Of a stretch of 64,000 nucleotides of DNA, positions 19,085-29,241 are shown piece by piece. Within the stretch, counting starts at the first letter, position 1; the number at the start of each line of letters is the position of its first letter. The translations under genes were made by a program, and so were the position numbers. Under the pieces are notes generated by a model, which ran no database searches, was not told where the DNA came from, and saw only the letters and a program-made list of their open reading frames with translations. This DNA is from Candidatus Iainarchaeum sp. (GTDB taxonomy: Archaea > Iainarchaeota > Iainarchaeia > Iainarchaeales > UBA10219), in the NCBI GenBank assembly GCA_018304425.1, contig JAGVWE010000002.1:160001-224000 (forward strand), given 5' to 3'.

Positions 19085-20332
19085 ATGCCTAAATACAAGA
19101 GCGTAATGGTGGTCTGCGTGGACCGGGACGATGACCTGGGGAGAAAGGCCAGCGTCCAGGGCCCGGTCGTGGGGCGGAAGGCCTGCCTCAACGCGGCCGC
19201 CAAGCTGGCGCTGGCCGACCCGGGGGACACTGACTCCAACGCCATCTTCGCCACGGTCAAGAAATTCGACGAAGTCAAGAAGGAATTCGAGAACCTGGAA
19301 GTCGTGACCCTGACCGGGCACAGCAAGGCCAGCTTCGAGTCCGACAAGAAAGTCAACGAGCAACTCGACGCCGTCCTGGAAACGTTTCCCGCCGACGCGT
19401 TCATCCTCGTGACGGACGGAGCGGAAGACGACCAGGTCATCCCCATCCTGCAAAGCCGCGCCCCCATTTACTCCAAGGAAGTCGTCATCGTCAAGCAGGC
19501 GCAGGCCGTGGAGTCCACTTATTACACCATCAAGGAGGCCCTGAAGGACCCCGTGCTCGGCAGCATCGTCTTCGGGATTCCGGGCATCATCCTCGTGTTG
19601 TACGCGGTGCTGTTCTTCCTGGGCCAGGAAAAACTGTTCTTCCAGACCATCTCGTTCATCCTCGGCGTGTACCTCATCCTCAAGGGAACGGGCCTCGAAG
19701 AAAAACTGGCCGGCATGGCGTCCAACATCACGAAGGGCATGAGCCTCCAGCGGACGAGCTTCCCCTTCTACCTCGCCATGCTGTTCGTCTTCGGGTTCGG
19801 CTTGATCCAGGCCTATTCGGCCTACTACTCGCCGGAGGGCCTCAACCTGGACCTCACCCTGCGCCTCATCGAACCGGTTTCCTCCATCGTGTTGTTCACC
19901 GCGGTCTCGGCGCTGTGCTACGTCGTGGGAAGGGCCATCGACTCCGTGCACCTGAAGAAGGCCTACCGGCTCAAGAACTACTTCCTGTCCGGGGTGTTCA
20001 TCTTCATCATCTGGTTCATCATCGAGTCCGGGAAGAGCGTGGTCATCGGCGAAGCCGACCTCAACCTCTTCCTGGGCAGCATCGTGTTCAGCTTCGTCAT
20101 CGCCCTGGCAAGCTTCCGCGTCGCGAGCGTGCTGGACGTGCGCAAGAAAATCACGAAACTCCTCATCGGCCTCCCGGTCTACGCGCCGGACGGCCGATGG
20201 GTCGGCAAAGTCGAAAAGGTCGAGGGCCCGGAAAAAACCATCGAATACAAGGACATCAAGTCCAAGAAACTCGTGCAACTCCGCAAAGAACAATTCGTGC
20301 TGCGGGGGGATAGGGTGCTGTTGACGGCGTGA
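19085..20332 (+). CDS. DUF373 family membrane protein with C-terminal PRC-barrel-like domain
   Basis: VCVDRDDDLGRKA, LALADP.DTD.N, LVTDGAEDDQV.PI, VIVKQA..VESTYY; C-terminal IGLPVY..DG..VGKV. Confidence 0.88.
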   Translation: MPKYKSVMVVCVDRDDDLGRKASVQGPVVGRKACLNAAAKLALADPGDTDSNAIFATVKKFDEVKKEFENLEVVTLTGHSKASFESDKKVNEQLDAVLETFPADAFILVTDGAEDDQVIPILQSRAPIYSKEVVIVKQAQAVESTYYTIKEALKDPVLGSIVFGIPGIILVLYAVLFFLGQEKLFFQTISFILGVYLILKGTGLEEKLAGMASNITKGMSLQRTSFPFYLAMLFVFGFGLIQAYSAYYSPEGLNLDLTLRLIEPVSSIVLFTAVSALCYVVGRAIDSVHLKKAYRLKNYFLSGVFIFIIWFIIESGKSVVIGEADLNLFLGSIVFSFVIALASFRVASVLDVRKKITKLLIGLPVYAPDGRWVGKVEKVEGPEKTIEYKDIKSKKLVQLRKEQFVLRGDRVLLTA

Positions 20333-20457
20333 TTTTTCCACCCGCATTTTTATATTCCGGTTGCGTGTAAGGGGTGTTATGGCACGAAGGGTTTCACGCG
20401 TTGTCAGGCGATTCATTCGCCCTTCAGGGGCAAGACACGACGCCGCGAGTGAAGCGG

Positions 20458-21120
20458 CTAAACCGCCTGGGAAAGCGCGGCCTCGATTTCCTGTCCCGAC
20501 CGATAGCCTTGCAGGGTTTTCCGCTCGTTGACGACCAAGGCGGGGAGGGCTGAAACGCGGTACTGTTTCTTGAGGACGTCGAGGAAGTCCAGGCCGAGGT
20601 TGGCTTCGAAGGCGAAGACGTAGAGGTTGGGGCGCGAGGCGCGCAGGGCCGTGAGTTCCGCGCCCTGTTTCTGGCAGTCCACGCACCCCTGCGGGCCGGC
20701 CAGGTTGCTGTAAAAGTAGAGCACGGTGTCAAAGGCTGCCTCCGGGCACTGGCGGCGCAAATTGACCAGGTAAAGCCATAACTGGGCATTCAAGAGGGTG
20801 TAGTTCTTCTTGAGTTCCACGAGTTCCAGGGAGCCTGCGTCGACTTCCTCGAGGCGCGTGAGGTCGTTGCCCAGGGCATCCACGCGGTCGGCGAACTTGG
20901 CGACGAAGAAGGGAAAGTTGCGGCAGAAGTCCGGCGTGTCCTTGAGGGTCTCGAAGTAGAGGAGCGTGGTCTTCGCGTCGTTGAGGCTGGAACCTACTTT
21001 GCTGAGCTCGAAGAGGAAGAAGCTGGCGCGCTGCTCGGCGAAGTAGTTGGAGACGAAGACTCCCAACAGGAAGATGACTAGGGTGAGGGCAAAGGCTTTC
21101 GCGAAAACGCTTCTCACCAT
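20458..21120 (-). CDS. Membrane-anchored thioredoxin-fold protein (CVDC)
   Basis: N-terminal TM; VLYFYS...CVDC..QG; cis-Pro ALPALVVN; overlaps the GT2 stop. Confidence 0.75.
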   Translation of the reverse strand: MVRSVFAKAFALTLVIFLLGVFVSNYFAEQRASFFLFELSKVGSSLNDAKTTLLYFETLKDTPDFCRNFPFFVAKFADRVDALGNDLTRLEEVDAGSLELVELKKNYTLLNAQLWLYLVNLRRQCPEAAFDTVLYFYSNLAGPQGCVDCQKQGAELTALRASRPNLYVFAFEANLGLDFLDVLKKQYRVSALPALVVNERKTLQGYRSGQEIEAALSQAV

Positions 21121-22346
21121 TTCCGGCTCACCCCGCCGAGTTCACGGAACAAGCCCACGAAGAAAGCCAAGCCAATCAGGATGTTCCACACCGTCAAGTA
21201 AAGGACGAGGAAAGGAACATAAACCCATCTGAACTTTTCACGGGAGAGGCTGAAGCTCACTGAAAAGTAGGCGATGAAGAAAGCGAGGGAGACCACGAGG
21301 AAAAAATTTCCGATGGTCGCGAAGTAAATCGGGTTGAGCAGCGAACCCACGTAACTGGCCTGTGACGTGCCCTTCAAGGCGAGCAGGTGGACGAGTTTGT
21401 CCCATGCGAGGGGGATGCCGCCAAGGGTTATCACCGCGCCGCGGGTGAGCAGGACGGCGAGGATGCCGAAGATGATGAAGTTGATGGGGAACACGAACAA
21501 GCCGAGGTTCCGGTAGGCGGGGTTGAAGAACAGGAACGCGTATTTCCGGCCGTTCATGAGCGCGCCCCTATACCATCGTATGCGCTGCTTGAAGAGCTCC
21601 CAAAACGAGTGAGGCGAGACGCTGGAAACGAGGGCGTTCACCGAGTGCTTGATGCGGTAGCCGTTCGTCAACAGCTTCAACGCGACCTCCATGTCCTCGG
21701 ACAGCGCGTGCTCGTCGAACAAGCCGACCTTAATCAGGGCGGACTTTCGGAAGACGCTCAACGGCCCGGGCGTAACAAACAGGCTGTCCAGGAAGTCGTT
21801 GTTTTTCCGGATGTAGTTCATGCCGATGTATTCCACGAACTGGATGCCTTGCAGAATGTTCCTGGGCTCGTGGACGAGGATGGAACTGCTGACCGCGCCC
21901 ACGCGTTCGTCCGCGAAGTAGCCCATCATCTGGCGGAGCGCGTCCGGCCGAACAAAGGAGTCAGCGTCCACGGTGGCAACGAGCTCGCCCTTGGCCTTCC
22001 GGATACCGTGGTTCAAGGCAGAGCCCTTGCCGCCGTTCGGCTTCGAGAAAACCAGCACGCCCTTGAATTGCTTGGCAAGGACAGCCGTGCGGTCCGTTGA
22101 ACCGTCGTCCACGACCAGGACCTCAATTTTTTTCGGGTAGTCGAGGGCGAGCACGCTTCGAATGGTTCCGGCAATCGTGTCCTCCTCGTTGAAGGCCGGG
22201 ATGACGACCGAAACCAGGGGAAACCGCTTCGGCGCTGGGTCGGAAAGCGCTTGCCCCCGGTTTTCAAAAAACAGGATCAGGTAAACCGCGGTGATGAATA
22301 GGAAGAACAGGGTCGAAGACAAAATGAACCAATCATCGAGGGACAA
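21114..22346 (-). CDS. Processive GT2 glycosyltransferase (cellulose synthase/PgaC-like)
   Basis: VIPAFNEE, VDDGSTD, GGKGSALN, DAD, SEDME, QRIRW (QxxRW); TM segments at both ends. Confidence 0.92.
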   Translation of the reverse strand: MSLDDWFILSSTLFFLFITAVYLILFFENRGQALSDPAPKRFPLVSVVIPAFNEEDTIAGTIRSVLALDYPKKIEVLVVDDGSTDRTAVLAKQFKGVLVFSKPNGGKGSALNHGIRKAKGELVATVDADSFVRPDALRQMMGYFADERVGAVSSSILVHEPRNILQGIQFVEYIGMNYIRKNNDFLDSLFVTPGPLSVFRKSALIKVGLFDEHALSEDMEVALKLLTNGYRIKHSVNALVSSVSPHSFWELFKQRIRWYRGALMNGRKYAFLFFNPAYRNLGLFVFPINFIIFGILAVLLTRGAVITLGGIPLAWDKLVHLLALKGTSQASYVGSLLNPIYFATIGNFFLVVSLAFFIAYFSVSFSLSREKFRWVYVPFLVLYLTVWNILIGLAFFVGLFRELGGVSRKW

Positions 22347-22392
22347 ACGCGTTCACCCTACAAGCATTGCCTAGCGTGGCTTTAAAAGCCTT

Positions 22393-24321
22393 TTACTGGG
22401 GGTTGAGGCCCTTCTCGGCCAGGGCCGGTAAAACGCTGGGAATGACGGAGCGCAGCAGCTTCCTGAGGCTGGAAAGCAGTTTGGCCTTGGACTCGGTCTT
22501 CTCAAAGGCGAGCTCCAAGACCTCGGAGAGCGTGGAAACCGGGTGCACCCGGATCTTGGCCAGCTCGGATTTCGGCAGGATGACGTCCTCGAGGTTGGCC
22601 TTGGGCACGATGACTTCCTTGAAGCCGGCCACGATGGCGGCCTGCACCTTGGCCGTTACGCCTCCCACGGGAAGCACTTCGCCGCGCACGCTCAGCGAAC
22701 CCGTCATGGCCAGGCACTGCCTGACCGGGATGTTCTCCAACGCGGAAACCACGGCGGTGGCGACCGAGACACTGGCGCTGTCCCCCTCAACGCCTGAATA
22801 GGTTTGCAGGAACTGGATGTGCAGGTCCTGCATGGAAATGTCTTTGCCGGAAATGCGCTTGATGATGGCGGAAACGTTTTGCACGGCTTCCTTCGCGATG
22901 TCCCCCAGCTTTCCCGTTGCAATCAGCTTGCCTTCCGCGCGCGAGGACGCCGGTGCGACCTCGGCTTCGATGGGCAGCACCAGGCCCGCGTCCCCCTCTC
23001 CCGAAACCGCGAGGCCGTTGACGCGGCCGACCAGCGCGCCCTCTGTGAGGTAGATGCGGTAATCCCTTTTCTCGTCCAGGATCTTGGAAACCATCTGTTG
23101 TTCGAGGGTCCGCGCGGACATCTTGGCCTCGATGACGTCCTGCTCCAAGGCCAGCTTGTGGCCCTTTTCCTTGGCGATGTCGCCGGTAGCGCGCACCAAG
23201 CCCCCGAGGTCACGCAAGCGGAGCGTGAGCTTGTTCTTCCGCCCGGAACGCCTGCGGGCCTCGAACAAAATCAGGTCCGCGGCTTCCCGCGAAAAGTGGG
23301 GGATTTTCCCGTCCTTGCGGACTTCCTGGGCGATGAACTGGTAGATCTTCAGCCGGTTTTCAGGGGTGTCCTCCAGGTCGAGGTTGATGTAGACCTCGTA
23401 CCCGTAGCCGCGGATGCGGCTCCTCAGAGCCGGGTGCACGCGCTGCAGGTCCTCGTAGTTGCCGGCCGCGACCAGGACGAAGTCGCAGGGCACGGGCTCG
23501 GTCCGCGTCATGGCGCCCGAGGACATCTCGCTTTGCCCGGTAATCGGGTACTTCTTTTCCTGCATCGCGGTCAAGAGTTCCTGCTGGGACTTCATGGACA
23601 GCGTCGCAATCTCGTCGATGAAGAGCACGCCGCCCGAGGCACGGTGAATCATGCCGGGCTCCACGCGCAGGTGCGCGGGAGTTCCGAGGCCGCCGCTCTG
23701 CAGGGGATCGTGCCTCACGTCCCCGAGCAGGGCGCCCGCGCGCGCGCCCGTGGCCTCAATGAAGGGCGCGATTTTTTTGCCCGCGTTGTCAATCAAGAGC
23801 CTGGGGGTCGCGGCCCCGGACTTGACGCGCATCTGGGTGCCCAACGCGAAACCGATGAGGAGAAAGCCGCCGAGGATGAGCGTGGCCGCGTACACCACGT
23901 CCGAAATCCATTTCAGGTTCCAAATCACGCTCGTCAAGACGAACCAGGCAAAGGGCAGGAGGAAGCTGAGCAACCGCATGTTGTCTTCCTGGGCCTTGGC
24001 CTCGAGCCTCAACTCGTTCACGATTTTGGCGGCTTCGCCGGCACGCACCATGCGCACCTTGGGGTTGTTGGGGTCCACCTCGTTGGGGTAGACCAGGATG
24101 TCGTGGAGCTGCTGCACGGGCAGCAATTCGGCCATGGCCTGGGCGAGCATGGATTTTCCCGTGCCCGGCAAGCCAACCAAGAGCACGTTCCGCTTCTGGG
24201 CCGCGGCTTTCTTGATGATTTCCCCGGCCTTTTCCTGGCCGATGACCTGGCCGACCAGGGTCCTTGGAACAGGGATTTCGCTGGTGGACTCAAAGGACTC
24301 CAGGACCGACTTGGCTGCCAT
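22393..24321 (-). CDS. lonB: Archaeal ATP-dependent protease LonB
   Basis: QVIGQE, Walker A GLPGTGKS, two TM inside the AAA domain, LFIDEI, VEGDSAS catalytic Ser, PVGGVTAK. Confidence 0.97.
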   Translation of the reverse strand: MAAKSVLESFESTSEIPVPRTLVGQVIGQEKAGEIIKKAAAQKRNVLLVGLPGTGKSMLAQAMAELLPVQQLHDILVYPNEVDPNNPKVRMVRAGEAAKIVNELRLEAKAQEDNMRLLSFLLPFAWFVLTSVIWNLKWISDVVYAATLILGGFLLIGFALGTQMRVKSGAATPRLLIDNAGKKIAPFIEATGARAGALLGDVRHDPLQSGGLGTPAHLRVEPGMIHRASGGVLFIDEIATLSMKSQQELLTAMQEKKYPITGQSEMSSGAMTRTEPVPCDFVLVAAGNYEDLQRVHPALRSRIRGYGYEVYINLDLEDTPENRLKIYQFIAQEVRKDGKIPHFSREAADLILFEARRRSGRKNKLTLRLRDLGGLVRATGDIAKEKGHKLALEQDVIEAKMSARTLEQQMVSKILDEKRDYRIYLTEGALVGRVNGLAVSGEGDAGLVLPIEAEVAPASSRAEGKLIATGKLGDIAKEAVQNVSAIIKRISGKDISMQDLHIQFLQTYSGVEGDSASVSVATAVVSALENIPVRQCLAMTGSLSVRGEVLPVGGVTAKVQAAIVAGFKEVIVPKANLEDVILPKSELAKIRVHPVSTLSEVLELAFEKTESKAKLLSSLRKLLRSVIPSVLPALAEKGLNPQ

Positions 24322-24379
24322 ACGAGAATGTAGGGGATTAAGGGTTAATAAACGTTCCTCGCCAAAAGTCGTAGGGGGA

Positions 24380-25294
24380 ATGGGCTTGGGTGTCAAACTC
24401 ACTTTTCTGGGAAGCGGGGCCAGCGCGCCCACCAAGGAACGCATGCCCAGTTGCCTGGCCCTGAACTTTGACGGCCAGAACTTCTTGTTCGACTGCGCGG
24501 AGGGCTGCCAACGCCAGATGCTTGTAGCGGGCGTGAGCCAGTTGAAAATCCAGCACGTGTTCATCACGCACCTGCACGCCGACCACGTCCTGGGCCTCCC
24601 GGGCTTCATCGCGACCAACTCCATGCACTTGCGCGATTACCCCTTGTACGTGCATGGGCCCCGGGGGCTGCGGGAACGCCTCTCAGCGCTCATCGAGACC
24701 GGGCTCATGCGCGTCAACTACGAGGTCATCGTCAAGGAAGCCCACGAGGGAACCATCTTGGAGGGCAAGAACTACTCGGTTTCGGCCGTGAAGCTGCGGC
24801 ACGACGTGCCCTGCTATGGCTACGTCTTCCAGGAAAAGGGGAAGGCGGCGGAGTTCCAGCGGGCGTGGGCGGAAAAGCTGGGCATCCCCGAGGGGCCGCT
24901 GTGGCGGAAGCTGTCCGAAGGCGAGACCGTCGAGGTGGAGGGGAAGAAGTTCAAGCCCGAGCAGGTGCTGGACTACTCGAAGGGCCGCAAGGGCAAGAAG
25001 GTTTGTTACATCACGGACACCGAGCCCTGGGAGCCCTACTTCGAGGCCATCCGGGAAGCCGATGTCCTATGCCACGAGGCCACTTTCCTGGACGCGTTGA
25101 AGGGCCGCGCGCGGGAAACCAAGCACTCCACGGCCCGCGAGGCAGGCCTGGTCGCGGAACACGTCAAGGCCAAGGCCCTGTACTTGATTCACTTGAGCGC
25201 GCGGCACAAGGAAACCCAGCAACTCGAGAACGAGGCCCGCATGGAGTTCGCGAACGCGTTCGCGGCGAAAGACCTGGACGAGGTGGAGCTGTGA
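24380..25294 (+). CDS. rnz: Ribonuclease Z
   Basis: FLGSG...PT.ER, FDC.EG.QRQ, THLHADH, exosite G.P.GP, HEAT, HST, HLS.R. Confidence 0.95.
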   Translation: MGLGVKLTFLGSGASAPTKERMPSCLALNFDGQNFLFDCAEGCQRQMLVAGVSQLKIQHVFITHLHADHVLGLPGFIATNSMHLRDYPLYVHGPRGLRERLSALIETGLMRVNYEVIVKEAHEGTILEGKNYSVSAVKLRHDVPCYGYVFQEKGKAAEFQRAWAEKLGIPEGPLWRKLSEGETVEVEGKKFKPEQVLDYSKGRKGKKVCYITDTEPWEPYFEAIREADVLCHEATFLDALKGRARETKHSTAREAGLVAEHVKAKALYLIHLSARHKETQQLENEARMEFANAFAAKDLDEVEL

Positions 25295-25992
25295 ACGCCC
25301 TCGTCCTCGCGGCCGGCAAGGGGGAACGGTTGAAGCCCTTGACCGATAGGGTGCCGAAGGCCATGGTTTCCCTGAACGGCCGGCCCCTGTTGTTCCACGT
25401 CCTCGACCGCCTGGTGGAAGCCGGTTGCGACGAAGCCCACATCGTGGTGGGTTACAAGCAGGAATTGATTCGGGAAACGATTGGCAACGCGCACAAGAGC
25501 CTGCTCGTGTTCTACGTGGAGCAGACGGAGCAGCTCGGCACCGGGCACGCCATCCAGCAAGCGGAGGGAACGGTTTCGGGGGATTTCCTGTGCGTGAACG
25601 CGGACGTGCTCGTCGCGCCCTCGCTGTACCAGGAGGTATGGGGAACCCCGGGGTTTGACGTGGTCATCGCCGCGCACCGCTCGGCTGAGCCCTGGAAGTA
25701 CGGGTGCCTGCGGGTGGAAGGAGACGAAGTGGTGGACGTGGTCGAGAAGCCGCCGAAGGGAAGAGAGCCCGGCAACCTGGTGGGGCTCGGGGTGTACCGG
25801 TTGACCCCAAAAATCTTTGAAGCGCTCAAGAAGGTCGGGAAGAGCCCGCGCGGCGAGTTCGAGGTCACGGACGCCTTCAAGTTGCTGGCCCAAGACGGAA
25901 GGGTGGGCTTCGTTGAATACCAGGGCCCATACTACGACATCGGGAGCCCCGAAGGGCTGAAGGAAGCGGAGAAGGCGCTGAAGGAAAAGTAG
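25291..25992 (+). CDS. Sugar-phosphate nucleotidyltransferase (NTP_transferase family)
   Basis: LAAGKGERL.PLT...PK, QLGTGHA, VEKP, SPRGEFEVTD; GTG start overlaps the rnz stop. Confidence 0.92.
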   Translation: MNALVLAAGKGERLKPLTDRVPKAMVSLNGRPLLFHVLDRLVEAGCDEAHIVVGYKQELIRETIGNAHKSLLVFYVEQTEQLGTGHAIQQAEGTVSGDFLCVNADVLVAPSLYQEVWGTPGFDVVIAAHRSAEPWKYGCLRVEGDEVVDVVEKPPKGREPGNLVGLGVYRLTPKIFEALKKVGKSPRGEFEVTDAFKLLAQDGRVGFVEYQGPYYDIGSPEGLKEAEKALKEK

Positions 25993-26700
25993 TCAGACCT
26001 TCACGGTCTGGCCGGGCTTCATGATGACGGGCTTGGAGTGGACGACGCTTTTCTCGATGCGGGCCTTGAACTCCGCTGGGTCGGCCTGGATCATGTCAAA
26101 GGTGTTGTAGTGCATGGGAATCGCGTACTTGGGTTTGATGGTCTTCGTGGCCTTGACCGCGTCAATCAAGTCCATGGTGAGGTTGCCGCCGATGGGCAGC
26201 AAGGCGACATCGGCTTTGACCTCGTTGTAAGTGTCCAAGAGCGAGGTGTCGCCGGCGTGGAACACCGAGGAACCGTTGCTGCGGATTAAATAGGCGAGCG
26301 GGTAAAAGGACTGGGGGTAATGGGCTTCCTTGGCCTCGATTTCGAAGCCCTTCAAGCGGAGTTTCTGGTTCATGGCAATCGGCCGGTGCAAAGCGTCATT
26401 GCAGTGGAGTTCGTTCAACACCGAGTCATGCCCGACCACCAGGCAGTTGTCGCGGTTGGCAAAGAATTCAACCGCCTTCTTGTCGAAGTGGTCAAAGCCT
26501 TCCTGGGTCACGAGCAACAAGTCGACCTTTTTCAGGTCCTCTTTCTTGACGGGCGCATTAATGATGCGCTTGAAGGCCGGGTCATCGGTTTGGTTGTGGA
26601 AGTAGGGGTCAATCAAGACATTGCCCACCCCGTTGAAGGCGTTGCCCGCCCCGTTGAAGGACAACAGGAAACTCGAATGGCCTAGGAACTGGACTTTCAA
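25993..26700 (-). CDS. Metallo-beta-lactamase fold hydrolase (UPF0173-like) with degenerate metal motif
   Basis: FLGHSSF, LIDPY, LVTQEGFDH (instead of THxHxDH), HAGDT, ALLPIGG, IPMHYNTF; TTG start after a G-rich SD. Confidence 0.85.
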   Translation of the reverse strand: MKVQFLGHSSFLLSFNGAGNAFNGVGNVLIDPYFHNQTDDPAFKRIINAPVKKEDLKKVDLLLVTQEGFDHFDKKAVEFFANRDNCLVVGHDSVLNELHCNDALHRPIAMNQKLRLKGFEIEAKEAHYPQSFYPLAYLIRSNGSSVFHAGDTSLLDTYNEVKADVALLPIGGNLTMDLIDAVKATKTIKPKYAIPMHYNTFDMIQADPAEFKARIEKSVVHSKPVIMKPGQTVKV

Positions 26701-26736
26701 CGCAAACCCCTCGACTCCACCCGACAGCGGCCGCAT

Positions 26737-26771
26737 GCTGCGTGCTGCGGGCTGCGTGCTGCGTGCTGCGG
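26737..26771. repeat. Heptamer tandem repeat (GCTGCG[T/G]) x5
   Basis: gctgcgt gctgcgg gctgcgt gctgcgt gctgcgg, upstream of the MBL gene. Confidence 0.9.
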
Positions 26772-26937
26772 CACGGGCAACGAAAAGGCGACACCCGCTT
26801 AACCCAATAAAATATAACCCGGGAATCATTTATAACCCAATCGCTTGCCGGACCCGGAAGAAACAAGCCCCGGCCAGTGGTTACTCGTTTACTTGAAACA
26901 ATTAACTATTTATTCTTGTAGCGCCTAATAGTTCCAC

Positions 26938-27720
26938 ATGCACCCGAGGCTGCTGGCACTGGCTTTAACCCTGTGGTTCGCGGTAACCACCCTGGCGTTG
27001 TCGCCGACCAGCATGACCATCGCAATGGACATCGACAAGGATGGCGCGGCCCATGTCGTGGAAACCTATAAGATCCGGTTCGAGAACCGCGAGGAAATCG
27101 AGTTATTCAAGCAGGAAGCCAAGGAAAACGGTTCCAGCCTTATTTCGTGGAAGATCGATGAGCCCTGGTTTTTCCCCCACTTCGGGGATGAACGCAGCAT
27201 TTCGAGGTCCTTCGTGTTCTTCGACGAGGGCTTGAACCAGATTTCCCTGGACTACTTCATTACCGGTCAGTTCGCCACGCTTGTCGAGGACGCGTCCAGG
27301 GAAACCAAGTGGAAGATATCCGACCGCCAGCTGAAGTTCTTCTCCAAGGGCGGCCTACTGGTCGTGCCCGAAAACGTGACCATCCAAATCAACCTCCCGA
27401 CCGGGGCCCTCATTGCCCAGGAACAGTTGTCCTCGAAGGTCAAGCTCGAGGGAACCACGGCCCTCATCAGCGGCATCTCGACGAACTACGTCAACCTCCA
27501 GTACAGCATCCCCAAGCCCATCGCGCCGTTGAACATTTTCAGGGTCTTCGGGGAACTCCTGGGCGCGCACCTCTTCCTGGTGGCTGCCCTGCTCCTGCTC
27601 GGCATCGTCGTGGTCGTCTACAAGCGCGAAAAAATCGTGCAAAGAATCGAGAACTACATCATCGAGCACTCCGAAATAGAGTCCAAGGCAGAAGAAGACG
27701 AGCTCGAACTGGAAGGCTGA
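26938..27720 (+). CDS. Hypothetical protein with signal peptide and C-terminal TM
   Basis: 260 aa ORF; signal peptide, beta-rich ectodomain, TM, acidic tail. Confidence 0.8.
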   Translation: MHPRLLALALTLWFAVTTLALSPTSMTIAMDIDKDGAAHVVETYKIRFENREEIELFKQEAKENGSSLISWKIDEPWFFPHFGDERSISRSFVFFDEGLNQISLDYFITGQFATLVEDASRETKWKISDRQLKFFSKGGLLVVPENVTIQINLPTGALIAQEQLSSKVKLEGTTALISGISTNYVNLQYSIPKPIAPLNIFRVFGELLGAHLFLVAALLLLGIVVVVYKREKIVQRIENYIIEHSEIESKAEEDELELEG

Positions 27721-27728
27721 TGGGTGGA

Positions 27729-28475
27729 TTACTGGCCACCCAGTGCCCGCTTCATGCCGGCAGCAATTTTCGCAACCAACGCGAGGAACGCTGGGTCGGC
27801 ACGGTTTCTTGGCCTAGGCAGTGAAACGTCATGGGTTTGAACGATGGAAGCGGGTTTCGGCCCCATCACCAGGATGCGGTCACTCAAATACACGGCTTCT
27901 TCGACGTCATGCGTGACCATGAGGGTCGTGGTGTTTTTTTCCCCAACGAGGCCCAGCAAGTAGTCGTGGAGACGGTGGCGGGTGAGGAAGTCAAGGGAGG
28001 CAAAGGGCTCGTCTAGGAGCAGCAAATCAGGCAGGTTGACGAGGGCCCGCGCCATCGCGACGCGCTGGGCCATGCCACCAGACAGTTGTCGAGGGAACGC
28101 GTTTTCCCAGCCTTCAAGGCCCAAGAGCTGCAGGAGCTCATTGGCAATCGCGGTGGTTTTTTGCTCCGCTCCAAACAAGACGTTGTCGGCCACGGTAAGC
28201 CACGGCAGCAGGCGGTGTTCCTGGAACATGATGCCGCACGCCTGGGTCGGTGCACGCACGCTGTCTCCCTGCAACCGGACGACGCCGTCATAGGCGACGT
28301 CCAAACCCGAAATCGCGCGCAAGAGCGTCGACTTTCCGCAGCCGGTGGGCCCGAGAAGGGTAGTAAAGGAACGAGGCGGAATGGAAAACGCAACTTCCTG
28401 GAGGACCGGCCGAAACGGCTCGAATTGCTTCCTCTTGATGTGGACTTCCAAGAGCGGGGGCTTACGCGCCGGCAA
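27729..28475 (-). CDS. ssuB: ABC transporter ATPase, SsuB/TauB family
   Basis: GPTGCGKST, FQE.RLLPW.TV..NV, LSGGMAQR, LLLDEPF, VTHD; TTG start after GGAGG. Confidence 0.9.
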   Translation of the reverse strand: MPARKPPLLEVHIKRKQFEPFRPVLQEVAFSIPPRSFTTLLGPTGCGKSTLLRAISGLDVAYDGVVRLQGDSVRAPTQACGIMFQEHRLLPWLTVADNVLFGAEQKTTAIANELLQLLGLEGWENAFPRQLSGGMAQRVAMARALVNLPDLLLLDEPFASLDFLTRHRLHDYLLGLVGEKNTTTLMVTHDVEEAVYLSDRILVMGPKPASIVQTHDVSLPRPRNRADPAFLALVAKIAAGMKRALGGQ

Positions 28476-29241
28476 AACTATCCCTCCACGAAAGCAGGCG
28501 TTTTTCCAGCAGGGCCAGCAGCCGGTCGGACAAGCCTCCAAGCACGGCAATGGCAAGCATGCCGGCCAGCATGTCATCGGGCCGCGAAAAGTTCCTGGAA
28601 TCCCAGATGAGCCAGCCGAGGCCACGCGAGGACGCAATCAGTTCGGCGGCGATGAGGAGAATCCAGGACAAACCCAGGGAAACCCGCAGACCGGTCAAGA
28701 TGCCGGGCAAGGCACAGGGCAACAACACTTCCCACACCAAGGCGGGGCGACCCTTCTTGTAGGCGTGGGCCAGTTCGACCAGTTTCTGGTCGGCGGCGCG
28801 GACACCCTGGAAGGCGTGCAGGTAGACCACGACAAAGGATGCCAAGGCAATCAAGGCAATCTTGGAGCCCTCCCCTATGCCGAAGAACACGATGAGGAGT
28901 GGAATCCAGGCAATGGGAGGCACGGGGGCAAACGCTTGAAGGGTTGGCGCCAGGAAGGCTTCGGCCCGCTTGGAGACCCCGGTGAAGATGCCAAGGGCTG
29001 CGCCCAGGAGGCTTCCAAGGAAAAAACCCACCAACAAGCGGTAGAGGCTCGCTGACACGTGCACCAACAGTTGCCCGTTCGAGGCTAGGGAGAACAGGCT
29101 GCGCAGGACCTGGTCAGGGGGAGCCAGCAGACTGCTTGGAACCCAGGCAAAAGTTGTCACCATTTCCCAGCACGCGAGGAGGGCAACGGGCAGCAGCCAG
29201 GGCCTGGACCAACGAAGGAAAACGGACATGGGAGGGTTCAT
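28462..29241 (-). CDS. ssuC: ABC transporter permease, SsuC/TauC family
   Basis: SL.RL..GF..G, P.IAWIPL...FGIGE.SK, LP.ALP.ILTGLR, AAELI....GLG. Confidence 0.92.
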   Translation of the reverse strand: MNPPMSVFLRWSRPWLLPVALLACWEMVTTFAWVPSSLLAPPDQVLRSLFSLASNGQLLVHVSASLYRLLVGFFLGSLLGAALGIFTGVSKRAEAFLAPTLQAFAPVPPIAWIPLLIVFFGIGEGSKIALIALASFVVVYLHAFQGVRAADQKLVELAHAYKKGRPALVWEVLLPCALPGILTGLRVSLGLSWILLIAAELIASSRGLGWLIWDSRNFSRPDDMLAGMLAIAVLGGLSDRLLALLEKRLLSWRDSFAGA

